From: Alphaproteobacteria bacterium
GTDB taxonomy: Bacteria; Pseudomonadota; Alphaproteobacteria; CAAGCB01; CAG-977
NCBI GenBank assembly: GCA_017616015.1
Contig: JAFZYY010000030.1
Location: 247,706 to 311,705, forward strand
DNA length: 64,000 bases
Reading direction: 5' to 3'
Made by a program: the position numbers and the translations under genes
Part shown: piece by piece, positions 8,503 through 18,076 of the stretch
Layout of the letters: each line of letters begins with the position of its first letter
How positions within the stretch are numbered: position 1 is the first letter of the stretch
Notes under the pieces: generated by a model
Databases searched by the model: none
The model's input: the letters and a program-made list of their open reading frames with translations, nothing else
Told to the model about the DNA's origin: nothing

Positions 8503-10844
8503 TGAGCCTTTCAGAAATAGACATTAAACCGTTTTATTCAAGTTCATCATCCAATGTGTTAGAGGATTTCTATATCCCTTGTCTTTCAAATGCAGTTCGA
8601 TATGACAGGGCGGTTGGCTATTTTTCGTCCGCCGTTTTTTCCCTGATGGCGAGAGGAATCGCTCCTTTAGTAAAAAACGGAGGAAAAATACGTCTGATCA
8701 TAGGAACAACGCTAACGAATGACGAATTTGCCGCTATTGAAAATGCATTAAAGGAAAACAACGAAAATATTTTCTTTGATCGTCTTGACGAAGCCTTGTT
8801 AAATGAATTTTGTTACCATCCGGACAATGAAAATCTGAACAAGCTTTTCCAAAGCCATTTAGATATGTTTTCTTGGTTGGTTTCAAGGAAATATCTTGAA
8901 ATTAAAGTGGCATTCAGGGATATAGGTATCTATCATGAGAAAATCGGTGTTATAGAAGATGACGACGGAGAAAAAGTCGTTTTTTCCGGTTCAAACAATG
9001 AGACTCCTGCGGCAATTCTAACAGAGTTTAATTATGAGGCGTTCGCCGTATGGTGTTCCTGGAAAAAAGAACATTTAGAACATTTTGCTGTTGAAAGTCA
9101 GGAATTCGAGAAATTATGGAATAACGAAGTGGAAAACGTCTATGTCCTTCCTCTTTCAAATGAAAATCATTTTTTGAAAACAAAGGAACTTCTGAAAAAA
9201 AACTCTGCCCACATTGACGAAATACAGTCTTTTGAAAAATTTATTTCTGATGAAAAAAATATTATTGAAGAAATAAAAAAGATTAAAACCAGAAGGAATT
9301 TTATTCTTTCAGAAATAAGAAAGAAAATTGTGGAAGAGGATATTTTTGAAAGAAACAAAAAAAGATTTCAACCCAAAATTCCTGATTTATGGGTTCAACA
9401 AATCAGACCCCTGCAACGCGAAGCCGTCATAGCGTGGGATTCTTCCGAGTATTTAGACGGTTTCCAGGATGTCTACTTAGAAGAATATAACCGTTCTCCT
9501 GAAGCAAAAAGACGGCACTGTGGGATTTTGCAACTGGCAACGGGAGCCGGAAAAACGCGAATAGCCATTATGGCGGCAATCAAAACGTTTGAAGCCTTAA
9601 AGGAGCAAAGTGATAACGCTAAACTGGTAACGATTTTTGCCGTTCCATATCAAGGTCTGGCAGATCAGTGGTCTAAGCTGTTAGATGAGTGTAATATGTT
9701 CCCCGTCCGATGCTGGGATTCAAGGGCATCTTGGTCGGAGGACTTAGAGAGAGCTCGTTCAGGGTTTAAGAATGGCTATTTAAATTTTTTATCAATAGTT
9801 GTTGTCAACAAAACATTATCCTCTGAAGGTTTTCAAAAGTTTTTGAGTGATATTTCACCGAATGAATTGTTTTTTGTCGGAGACGAGTGCCATCATCACG
9901 CAAATATGGCGGATAAACTTCCGAATGCGCACTTTAAGATGGGATTATCAGCGACGCCATTTGAAGATTATCCCTCGCTAAAAGACAATGATTTAATTAA
10001 ATATTACGGAGACGTTTGTTATGTCTATGACTTATCACAAGCCATTAAGGATGGTATTTTGGCAAAATATCAATATCACGTTTTGCCTGTTGAACTTTCG
10101 AACGAGAAAGACGGTGATAAATTAAGCGAAGAAGAAGAATTCAAAAAGATTTCCAGCAATATAGCCGCTATCCTTATCAAGAATAACAATAATTTTTCAG
10201 ATCCCGATCTTCTTCCCCTTTTTCTAAAACGTAGCAGACTTTTAGGGAGTGCTAAAAACAAAATAAAGAAGCTCAATGAGGCTTTGGACCGGTGGTGTCC
10301 TGAGCCCAAAAAGTATTCGTTATTTTTCTGCGGAGAAGGAGTTGATCCCTATTTTAATGAAGAGGAGAATCCTGAACGCAACGATAATCTAATTACGACT
10401 ATTACAGCACTCCTGAACGATCGAGGGTGGATTCCCGCTCAATATACAGCAAAAAACAAAGCGGACAGGACCGCTAAACTGAATGGATTTAAGAACGGAG
10501 CCTACAATGCTCTTCTGTCTATGAAATGCTTGGATGAAGGTGTTGATCTTCCGGCCTGCAAACAAGCATTTCTTTTGGCAAGTGCCAATAAATCGCGCCA
10601 ATACATTCAAAGGCGGGGACGCGTTCTGAGAAAACAGGGGAAAAATGATACTTCCGAAGCCCTTATCATAGATTTTTATGTGTATATAAAACCGAAAGAA
10701 GTTCAATCCGAATCGGAAAAGGGCTTAATATCCCGCGAGTTAAAACGAATTGTCGAGTTTGCGCGAGACGCTGAAAATGAAGACGCTTTGGATGATATTC
10801 AAGATGTATTGGAACTTTACGGTATAGATGTAAAAATCAGTTGA
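8499..10844 (+). CDS. PLD-like (HKD) nuclease domain fused to an SF2 DEAH helicase
   Basis: 781 aa. N-terminus YDRAVGYFSSAVFSL...IYHEKIGVIED (HKD-like). Helicase motifs I ATGAGKTRIA, II DECHHH, III SATP, VI QRRGRVLR. Confidence 0.8.
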   Translation: MMSLSEIDIKPFYSSSSSNVLEDFYIPCLSNAVRYDRAVGYFSSAVFSLMARGIAPLVKNGGKIRLIIGTTLTNDEFAAIENALKENNENIFFDRLDEALLNEFCYHPDNENLNKLFQSHLDMFSWLVSRKYLEIKVAFRDIGIYHEKIGVIEDDDGEKVVFSGSNNETPAAILTEFNYEAFAVWCSWKKEHLEHFAVESQEFEKLWNNEVENVYVLPLSNENHFLKTKELLKKNSAHIDEIQSFEKFISDEKNIIEEIKKIKTRRNFILSEIRKKIVEEDIFERNKKRFQPKIPDLWVQQIRPLQREAVIAWDSSEYLDGFQDVYLEEYNRSPEAKRRHCGILQLATGAGKTRIAIMAAIKTFEALKEQSDNAKLVTIFAVPYQGLADQWSKLLDECNMFPVRCWDSRASWSEDLERARSGFKNGYLNFLSIVVVNKTLSSEGFQKFLSDISPNELFFVGDECHHHANMADKLPNAHFKMGLSATPFEDYPSLKDNDLIKYYGDVCYVYDLSQAIKDGILAKYQYHVLPVELSNEKDGDKLSEEEEFKKISSNIAAILIKNNNNFSDPDLLPLFLKRSRLLGSAKNKIKKLNEALDRWCPEPKKYSLFFCGEGVDPYFNEEENPERNDNLITTITALLNDRGWIPAQYTAKNKADRTAKLNGFKNGAYNALLSMKCLDEGVDLPACKQAFLLASANKSRQYIQRRGRVLRKQGKNDTSEALIIDFYVYIKPKEVQSESEKGLISRELKRIVEFARDAENEDALDDIQDVLELYGIDVKIS

Positions 10845-10860
10845 CAGCAGATCGTTTTGG

Positions 10861-10888
10861 ATATACGTAAGTATATACTTGCGTATAT
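10861..10888. promoter_or_regulatory. 28-bp near-perfect palindrome directly upstream of dndB; candidate operator
   Basis: atatacgtaagtatatacttgcgtatat pairs at 13 of 14 positions. A TTGACA hexamer lies at 10841-10846 and GGAG at 10888-10891. Confidence 0.45.
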
Positions 10889-10899
10889 CGGAGTCCGCG

Positions 10900-11976
10900 A
10901 TGTTTTCTTATAGATTTCCTGTTGTTCGAGGGGTTCAAGCCAACAAAGAGTATTATATTGGTATGCTCCCTTTGGAGTATTTATCTAAACTTTTTCCCGA
11001 TGATCCCGATGTCGTCGCCCCGGAGTTCCGCGCCCAAAGACGCGTGAATGAACAAAGAATCCCCACGATCAGAGATTACATCTTAAAAAACAGGACTTCT
11101 TATGTCTTTTCCGCATTATCCGCTTCGATTGACGGTCATTTCAACTTTATCCCCTCCTCAAGTTCCCCGGATTTAGGGATTCTTGAAGTCGAAATGAACG
11201 CCGTGTTTCTTATCAATGACGGTCAACATCGCAAGGCGTCGCTTCAAGCGGCTTTAGAGGAAGACCCGTCCCTTAAAACAGAAACGATTTCCATCGTTTT
11301 CTTTAAGGACGAGGGGCTTCAACGGAGCCAACAGATGTTTACCGACCTGAACAAACACGCCGTCAAGACATCGAACTCCATCGCTGAACTTTATGATAAT
11401 CGGGACAGAATTGCGGTCATAAATCGAACTGTTGTTTCATCAATAGATTTTCTAAACACCTATACGGACAAGGAACGGGATAATCTTGGGAAGTTTTCAT
11501 CAAATTTGTTCACTTTGAACACGTTTTATCTGGCGACAAAACGCATTTTGAAAGAAAGCGGCGGCGATGATGAAAAAGATATAGAGTTTTTATGCCGTTT
11601 TTGGGAAACCGTTATTAAAAACATAGAACCGTGGCAAGAACTTCAAAAGCGGGAAATATCAAAGGTCGATTTACGCGAGAACTACATCATAACGCAAGGC
11701 GTGGTTATACAGGCTTTGGGCGTGATCGGAAAATACTGCTACGATCATAGAAAAGAAGAAAATCCTCAAACGGACTTGACACGGTTAAATCAAATTGATT
11801 GGCACAGAACGGCAAAGGATTGGAAATACCGCGTCGTTCGCGCTGACGGCAAAATCCTCACAAGCGAAAAAGCCATTCAACTTGCCGCGATCCAGATCAA
11901 AAAGATAATTAGGATTTCTCTTTCCCCGGAAGAAAAAAATCTTGAAGCACGTTTCAATTCAGAAAAGAGAAAGTAA
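10900..11976 (+). CDS. dndB: DNA sulfur modification protein DndB (DGQHR-domain)
   Basis: FLINDGQHRKASL motif. ATG at 10900 preceded by GGAG. The track ORF begins at a TTG at 10879. Confidence 0.8.
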   Translation: MFSYRFPVVRGVQANKEYYIGMLPLEYLSKLFPDDPDVVAPEFRAQRRVNEQRIPTIRDYILKNRTSYVFSALSASIDGHFNFIPSSSSPDLGILEVEMNAVFLINDGQHRKASLQAALEEDPSLKTETISIVFFKDEGLQRSQQMFTDLNKHAVKTSNSIAELYDNRDRIAVINRTVVSSIDFLNTYTDKERDNLGKFSSNLFTLNTFYLATKRILKESGGDDEKDIEFLCRFWETVIKNIEPWQELQKREISKVDLRENYIITQGVVIQALGVIGKYCYDHRKEENPQTDLTRLNQIDWHRTAKDWKYRVVRADGKILTSEKAIQLAAIQIKKIIRISLSPEEKNLEARFNSEKRK

Positions 11977-11985
11977 GGAGATACA

Positions 11986-13524
11986 ATGTCCGAAAAATGT
12001 GAAGTATGCGAAGCCGCAAAAAAAGAAATCTCCATTACAAAGGAATCTGTCGAAGGACTTATGGAAACCGTCCGACGGCTGTATTTAGCTGATGATATTC
12101 CGTGGGTAATCGGGTATTCGGGAGGAAAAGACAGCACGGCGACGCTTCAACTGGTTTGGCTCGCTCTTAAAGATTTGCCGAAATACAAATTCAGAAAGCA
12201 GATTCACGTTATCAATACGGACACTCTTGTTGAATCTCCGGTCGTATCCCAATGGGTTAAACGGTCGCTTCAAATTTTAGATGAAGCCGCACAGGAACAA
12301 GGATTGCCTTTTGTTACTCATCGCCTGACTCCTGAAATGGACAACACTTATTGGGTAAATTTCATCGGGCGCGGCTATCCGTTCCCGAGGAAACAACTCC
12401 GGTGGTGCACGGATCGACTGAAAATTCAGCCCGTAAACAACTTTGTGAAGAACAAAATCGCCGAACACGGCGAGATCATTCTGGTGATCGGAACCCGAAA
12501 AGCCGAAAGCGCAAACCGCGCTAAAACAATGGCGTATTATGAAAAATTGCGTGTTCGGGAATTATTGAGTCCGAGCCAAACAATGGCAAACGAGCTTGTC
12601 TTTACACCCCTTGAAGATTGGAATGACAACGATGTTTGGGTGTTTTTAATGCAATATGCAAATCCGTGGGGATACTCAAACAAGGAATTGCTGACCCTGT
12701 ATCGTGGAGCGACCGCAGACGGAGAATGCCCGATGATGGTTGAAAAGGGATTGCCAAGCTGCGGTAAAAGCCGTTTCGGGTGTTGGGTTTGCACAATGGT
12801 CGAAAAAGACAAATCAATGGAAGCTATGATCGCAAACGATGAAGAAAAAGCGTGGTTAGCCCCGTTGCTTGAATTTAGAAACAAATTCGGAGATGAAGCA
12901 AAAGATCGCGAACGCCGGTCTTTCAGAAAAATGACCGGAGCATTGTTCGGTTCTTATAAACAACTCCATCACGGCCCTTATAAAAAAGAAATCCGTGAGG
13001 AATGGTTAAGAAATTTGCTTTCCATTCAAAAAGAAATCAATGAAAACGCGCCGGAGGAGTTTAAGAACTTGGAATTGATTTCTTTGCCTGAATTAAGAAA
13101 TATCCGACGGATTTGGGTTTTTGAAAAACACGAATTTGACGATGCGCTTCCGAGAATCTATGAAGAAGTGATCGGAAAGCCCTTTGACGATCCTGAATGG
13201 ACTGCTCCCGAAGATTTCCGCAAGAATGAGTGGGATATTTTGAAAGACGTAGTGAACGAACTCTATCCCGATGAGGAATTGGCGTTTGAAATGGCATATA
13301 GCTTGATTGATACTGAAAATCAGTCCAAAAGTCTGAACAAAAGACGCGGTGTTCTTCAAGGTTTGGAAGACTGTATAAAAAAGAACTTTTATAAAAACGA
13401 AGAAGACGCGACAAATTACTATATGAACAAAATGGTTCGCAAGAAAGAGCTTGGTGGAAAGTATAACGAAAAAGCTCTTGACGACACTTATGATGAAGCG
13501 GACGCAGAGGAAGAAGAACAATGA
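11986..13524 (+). CDS. dndC: DndC (PAPS-reductase-like PP-loop ATP pyrophosphatase)
   Basis: PP-loop GYSGGKDST. C-terminal cysteine cluster CPMMVEKGLPSCGKSRFGCWVC. 512 aa. Confidence 0.9.
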   Translation: MSEKCEVCEAAKKEISITKESVEGLMETVRRLYLADDIPWVIGYSGGKDSTATLQLVWLALKDLPKYKFRKQIHVINTDTLVESPVVSQWVKRSLQILDEAAQEQGLPFVTHRLTPEMDNTYWVNFIGRGYPFPRKQLRWCTDRLKIQPVNNFVKNKIAEHGEIILVIGTRKAESANRAKTMAYYEKLRVRELLSPSQTMANELVFTPLEDWNDNDVWVFLMQYANPWGYSNKELLTLYRGATADGECPMMVEKGLPSCGKSRFGCWVCTMVEKDKSMEAMIANDEEKAWLAPLLEFRNKFGDEAKDRERRSFRKMTGALFGSYKQLHHGPYKKEIREEWLRNLLSIQKEINENAPEEFKNLELISLPELRNIRRIWVFEKHEFDDALPRIYEEVIGKPFDDPEWTAPEDFRKNEWDILKDVVNELYPDEELAFEMAYSLIDTENQSKSLNKRRGVLQGLEDCIKKNFYKNEEDATNYYMNKMVRKKELGGKYNEKALDDTYDEADAEEEEQ

Positions 13525-15455
13525 TCATCAAAAAACTTAAACTTTATAATTTTGGTATCTATGCTTACCTTAATATGTTCGTTTTCAAAGGCGCAGCACC
13601 GGTTGTTTTGATCGGCGGTATGAACGGACGGGGAAAAACAACGTTCTTGGAAGCTGTCCTGCTCGGCCTTTACGGTTCAAACTCGTTCGCGTTTCAGGAA
13701 ACTAATTTCAAATACAAAGATTATTTGGCGTCATATACCAACAAGACCGACGCCTCGCAGATGGCGTATATCGAAATAGAGTTTTCTATGGAGAAATATG
13801 ATTCGGAAACTTATACAATCCATAGGGAATGGAGCAAAAAGACAAAGTTTCAAGAGCATATTTGGGTAAAGAAAAACGGGGAAGACAACGCTTTTCTAAC
13901 CGAAAATTGGGCGATGTTTATTGAAAACATTTTACCAAGCGCATTGTCTAAATTTTTCTTCTTTGACGGTGAAAAAATAGCGGCGTTAGCAGAGAACAAC
14001 ACCTCGGAACAGATCAAAGAATCAATAAAAGCGATGTTGGGGGTTTCCATTCTTGATACATTGGGTAACGATCTAAACAAGATTATCTCTAAAATATCGA
14101 AATCCAAAAAAGGCAACAGCGAATTAGACCGACTTGAAACATTAAAGAATGAGAAAGAGAAAGCAATCGCTGATTTGCAGGAAGCCGATACAAAAATAGC
14201 GGATAAAAACGCGGCAATCATCAAACTGAAAGCTAAACTTGAGAACAAGAAGAAAGATTATACGTTAAAAGGCGGCGACATCGTTTCACAAAAGCACGAT
14301 CTTATTGCTAAAAGGGCAGAAAGCATTTCCGCTTTGAATTTGTGCAATGAAAGTCTTGCTGAATTGGCTTCAAGCGAAATGCCTTTGAAAATGGTGTCAT
14401 TCCTTTTGAACGATATAGAAGTTCAAAGCGAACAAGAGTTTGAACAAAAGAAATATGAAATAACACTTGAGAAAATAAAGGAATTACAGAGTTCTTTTTC
14501 CGACAAGGAACATACGGACATCAGTTCTTTTATTTCGTTCGTTCAGGATAAAGTGGCAAAGGAAAAGAAAGACACCCTTTACAATTTATCGAACGAAAAT
14601 CTATTCAAACTTCACGATTTAATAAAAAACAGAATAGACGCTTCTATTGATAAAGCGAAAAAAATAACGAAAGAAAGAGAAAAACACAAAAACTCTATCA
14701 ACGAAATTGATAACTATCTTTCCGTAGATATAGATGATGAAGTTTTGAATAAACTCTTTAAGGAAATAAAAACACTTGAAAATACAATTTCAGAGGAAGA
14801 AATATCTCTTAAGTTTTTGGAAGAACAACGTAAAACATTAAACGGAATTGCTACAAAAGCCGAATCTGAATTTAGCAAAGCGGCGGAGGAGATTTTGTCG
14901 TCAATAGAAACGGACGAAGAAGAAGGACGAAGCCTGAAATACTTATATATGGCTCAAAAAATATTTGTGGAATATCAGAAAAAGCTCCAAGCACGAAAGA
15001 CTGAAATTCTGGCAAAGGAAATGACGAATTGTTTTACACAGCTCGCGAACAAAAAAAGTCTTGTTTCAAAGATAACAATGGATCCTGTTTCTCTTGATCT
15101 CCACTATTTTGACAGTTCAGAAAACGAAATTATAAAAAAACGGCTATCTTCCGGGGAAAAACAGTTGATGATTATATCTTTGTTATGGGCTTTAGCGTTA
15201 TGCTCAAAAAAGAAACTTCCGGTTATTATTGATACTCCGCTGTCCCGACTTGATTCCGCCCATCGCGGTTCTCTCATCAAAACCTATTTCCCAAACGCGA
15301 GCGATCAAACAATCATTCTTTCGACCGATACGGAAGTTGATAAACGGTATTACAAAATGATGCGTCCGTTCGTTGGCGATGAATACACTCTGGAATATAA
15401 CGATACAAGCAAACGGACGGTAGTGCGCCGCGGCTATTTTGGTTGGGGAGAATGA
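13521..15455 (+). CDS. dndD: DndD (SMC-like ATPase)
   Basis: 644 aa. Walker A IGGMNGRGKTT, long coiled coil, C-terminal LSSGEKQ signature and Walker B VIIDTP. ATGA overlap with dndC. Confidence 0.9.
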   Translation: MIIKKLKLYNFGIYAYLNMFVFKGAAPVVLIGGMNGRGKTTFLEAVLLGLYGSNSFAFQETNFKYKDYLASYTNKTDASQMAYIEIEFSMEKYDSETYTIHREWSKKTKFQEHIWVKKNGEDNAFLTENWAMFIENILPSALSKFFFFDGEKIAALAENNTSEQIKESIKAMLGVSILDTLGNDLNKIISKISKSKKGNSELDRLETLKNEKEKAIADLQEADTKIADKNAAIIKLKAKLENKKKDYTLKGGDIVSQKHDLIAKRAESISALNLCNESLAELASSEMPLKMVSFLLNDIEVQSEQEFEQKKYEITLEKIKELQSSFSDKEHTDISSFISFVQDKVAKEKKDTLYNLSNENLFKLHDLIKNRIDASIDKAKKITKEREKHKNSINEIDNYLSVDIDDEVLNKLFKEIKTLENTISEEEISLKFLEEQRKTLNGIATKAESEFSKAAEEILSSIETDEEEGRSLKYLYMAQKIFVEYQKKLQARKTEILAKEMTNCFTQLANKKSLVSKITMDPVSLDLHYFDSSENEIIKKRLSSGEKQLMIISLLWALALCSKKKLPVIIDTPLSRLDSAHRGSLIKTYFPNASDQTIILSTDTEVDKRYYKMMRPFVGDEYTLEYNDTSKRTVVRRGYFGWGE

Positions 15456-15844
15456 CAATGTTTATCAAACAAATTAGGCTTTCCGAAACTTCCAAAGAGC
15501 GTTTGAGCAGATTAAAAGGAAAAACGGGAATCAAGAATTGGAATATCCTTTGCCGTTGGGCTTTATGCTACTCTTTAAGCGAACAAACCCTTCCGACCGA
15601 TGTCCCGGTAAATACGGATAGCAATGTAGAGATGTCCTGGTTTACATTCGGCGGTGAATACAGCGATATTTACTCGGCCTTATTGGTTGCCTGGTGTCAA
15701 AGAATGAAATTATCAACAGATGAAGAAACGCTTGAAAAGTATTTCAAACTTCATTTAGAGCGCGGGATCGCATATCTTTCGGGCACGAACCTGATTAAAA
15801 GCATTGACGATTTGTTGAAATTGGCGATCGAGGTCAAAAAATGA
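15452..15844 (+). CDS. dndE: DndE
   Basis: MTMFIKQIRLSETSKERLSRLKGKTGIKNWNILCRWAL matches the DndE N-terminal pattern. ATG at 15452 overlaps the dndD stop (ATGA), with GGGGAG upstream. The track start at 15443 is a TTG. Confidence 0.75.
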   Translation: MTMFIKQIRLSETSKERLSRLKGKTGIKNWNILCRWALCYSLSEQTLPTDVPVNTDSNVEMSWFTFGGEYSDIYSALLVAWCQRMKLSTDEETLEKYFKLHLERGIAYLSGTNLIKSIDDLLKLAIEVKK

Positions 15845-16992
15845 GCGTTTATCTGGATTATAACGCCTCTGCTCCCATAGATGAGCGCGTGTTGGCGGTT
15901 ATGATTGACGTGTATAAAAACGCGATTGGAAACGCCGACAGTCGAACACATAATTTCGGCGAAAATGCCCGAAAAATCGTTGAAAACGCACGGGAACAGG
16001 TCGCTTCTTTGTTAGGCGTTGACAAAGGAGAAGTCTTTTTTACAAGCGGGTCAACAGAGAGCAACAATATTGCAATTCAAGGATTAAAGGAATATGCGCT
16101 TCAGACTGGGAAAAAACATATCATCACAACGGCGATAGAGCATAAATCCGTATTGGAAACCGCCAAATATATGCAACGGAACGGCTTTACTGTTGATTTT
16201 ATTTCTCCCGAACCAAGCGGACGGATAAACGAACAAGCTGTTTTGGATAAAATCGGAGAAAAAACTCTACTCGTTTCCGTTATGCACGCGAACAATGAAA
16301 CCGGAATCATTCAACCAGTCAAGGAAATAGGCGATTTTTTAACGGATAAGGACATTTTATTCCATATCGACGCCACGCAAACTTGCGGAAAATTAGTGCC
16401 CGAAATCAAGGGATTGAAATATAATATGCTTTCTTTAAGCGCGCATAAATTGAGCGGGCCTCAAGGTGTTGGTACTTTAATTCTGCGAAAGAAAAAATAC
16501 AAGCTGCCTCCGGTGAAGCAGATTATCTTCGGAGGACAACAAGAACGGGGTATCAGACCGGGAACGATACCGGTCGCGTTGGTAGCCGGATTAGGAAGAG
16601 CTTGCCAATTAGCTGAAATTGAATATCAAGAGAACATTCAAAACTGCCGCGAAATCAAAAAAGACATCCTTGAATTGCTGAACAATTCAAAATTAAAAAT
16701 TGAAGTAAACGGTGAACCGGATTGTTGTATGCCAAACACATTGAATATCAGCATTAAAGGCGTTGAATCCGAGGCTCTTATGCTTTCAACAAAAGATTTT
16801 TGTGGTATATCAAACGGATCGGCCTGCACTTCGTCCGACTACAAACCGAGTTATGTTCTTTCCAGTATGAATTTGGATAATGAACGAATATCCCAAGCCG
16901 TTCGTTTAAGTTGGGGTGGAAAATCCGTCAAAGAAAAGATATTGACGGACTTATCCCTTTTGATAAAACGTGCGGAAGAACTCGTTTTTTAA
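15841..16992 (+). CDS. dndA: DndA/IscS-type cysteine desulfurase
   Basis: 383 aa class-V aminotransferase. PLP-lysine motif SAHKLSGPQGVG. C-terminal active-site Cys region SNGSACTS. ATGA overlap with dndE. Confidence 0.85.
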   Translation: MSVYLDYNASAPIDERVLAVMIDVYKNAIGNADSRTHNFGENARKIVENAREQVASLLGVDKGEVFFTSGSTESNNIAIQGLKEYALQTGKKHIITTAIEHKSVLETAKYMQRNGFTVDFISPEPSGRINEQAVLDKIGEKTLLVSVMHANNETGIIQPVKEIGDFLTDKDILFHIDATQTCGKLVPEIKGLKYNMLSLSAHKLSGPQGVGTLILRKKKYKLPPVKQIIFGGQQERGIRPGTIPVALVAGLGRACQLAEIEYQENIQNCREIKKDILELLNNSKLKIEVNGEPDCCMPNTLNISIKGVESEALMLSTKDFCGISNGSACTSSDYKPSYVLSSMNLDNERISQAVRLSWGGKSVKEKILTDLSLLIKRAEELVF

Positions 16993-17069
16993 TTTGTTCA
17001 TTTTATCATAAATAAATATATCTGTTCACAAAAATAGTTCTAATTCTGTCATTTTATATATTCTTTTTT

Positions 17070-17267
17070 TCATTTCATCAGCAGCTTTATTTGTAAAGGT
17101 AACGCAAAGGATATTATTTTCTGAAACCCCATTTCTTTTACGAGATAGATATATCTGGACGTAAGCGTTTTCGTTTTTCCTGTTCCAGCTCCAGCTATAA
17201 CACGAACATATCCTTCCGTCGTTGTTATTGCTTTTTGTTGATCACGGTTAAAACCTGTAAGATCCAT
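17070..17267 (-). pseudogene. N-terminal fragment of a UvrD/Rep-family helicase
   Basis: 65 aa: MDLTGFNRDQQKAITTTEGYVRVIAGAGTGKTKTLTSRYIYLV. This is the UvrD N-terminus plus Walker A, then the ORF ends. No continuation in any frame. Confidence 0.5.
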
Positions 17268-17654
17268 AATTATTCCTCTCAGAGATGCGTCTAACGACCT
17301 TTATTTTATTCTAGTACATTATATCCTTCAATGTTTTTCGCTTTGTAACAAGTGTTTCTTCGCGCACGAAACACTGTCTTTAAAAAGCTGACTTTTAATT
17401 GAAAGTCCTAACTTTTCTGCCTCAGTTTTTCCCAGAACAAAAGATTTCTAACGAACCGGATATGTTTCCTATATCCGTTTGATTCGCGGAAGAAAGCACT
17501 TCCAACGCCCAGTATTTTGCCTTTATATCATTCGCATTTGTCATACGGATAATTATATCGATTTTTAGGGGAAAGAAAATAGTGTAACAGTATCCATAAA
17601 CGTCTTTTTACCCCACAAATCAAACAAAACACCCAAACGGGTAACATAATAATT

Positions 17655-18071
17655 TTGTATATGAAAACCACCCGACAGTCGGGTGGTTCCTTTTGCAAAA
17701 GGACTTATACAATGTTTGAAAAGAAGTTTAATAACTACACTTATGTCAGGTGCGGAGAATGCGGTATTACAGGGAAAAAGAAATCCACTAAACCACTTTA
17801 CCGTAATCAGGAATTGAAAACGTATTTGACAAAGTATCAATGGGCTTACCGACAGGGGTGTTTCTTTCCCCGTCTACCCGACAACTTACAAGAAATCTTT
17901 TACGACCTCAAAGGTATGTTCAATGTCGCAATAGCCTCTATTGATGAAATGCTTGAAACAGCTTGGTGGTTAAGACGGGCTGAACGTGAAGACAAAAAAG
18001 AACGCAGACGAGAACGTAGACAAGAACGCAAAAACAGACGCAACAAAAGAAATCAAAGAAGAAGGAGATAA
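17655..18071 (+). CDS. hypothetical protein with CGECG zinc-ribbon-like motif and R/K-rich tail
   Basis: Likely true start at the ATG at 17712 (MFEKKF...). C-terminus is ERRRERRQERKNRRNKRNQRRRR. Confidence 0.45.
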   Translation: MYMKTTRQSGGSFCKRTYTMFEKKFNNYTYVRCGECGITGKKKSTKPLYRNQELKTYLTKYQWAYRQGCFFPRLPDNLQEIFYDLKGMFNVAIASIDEMLETAWWLRRAEREDKKERRRERRQERKNRRNKRNQRRRR

Positions 18072-18076
18072 TCGTC

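Noticed and set aside
17678-17696. Perfect palindrome ccacccgac-a-gtcgggtgg followed by TTCCTTTT, considered as a terminator
   Set aside because: There is no upstream gene on either strand that it would obviously terminate. It sits inside the 5' extension of the 17655 ORF. Left as an unexplained hairpin, mentioned under the helicase-fragment finding.
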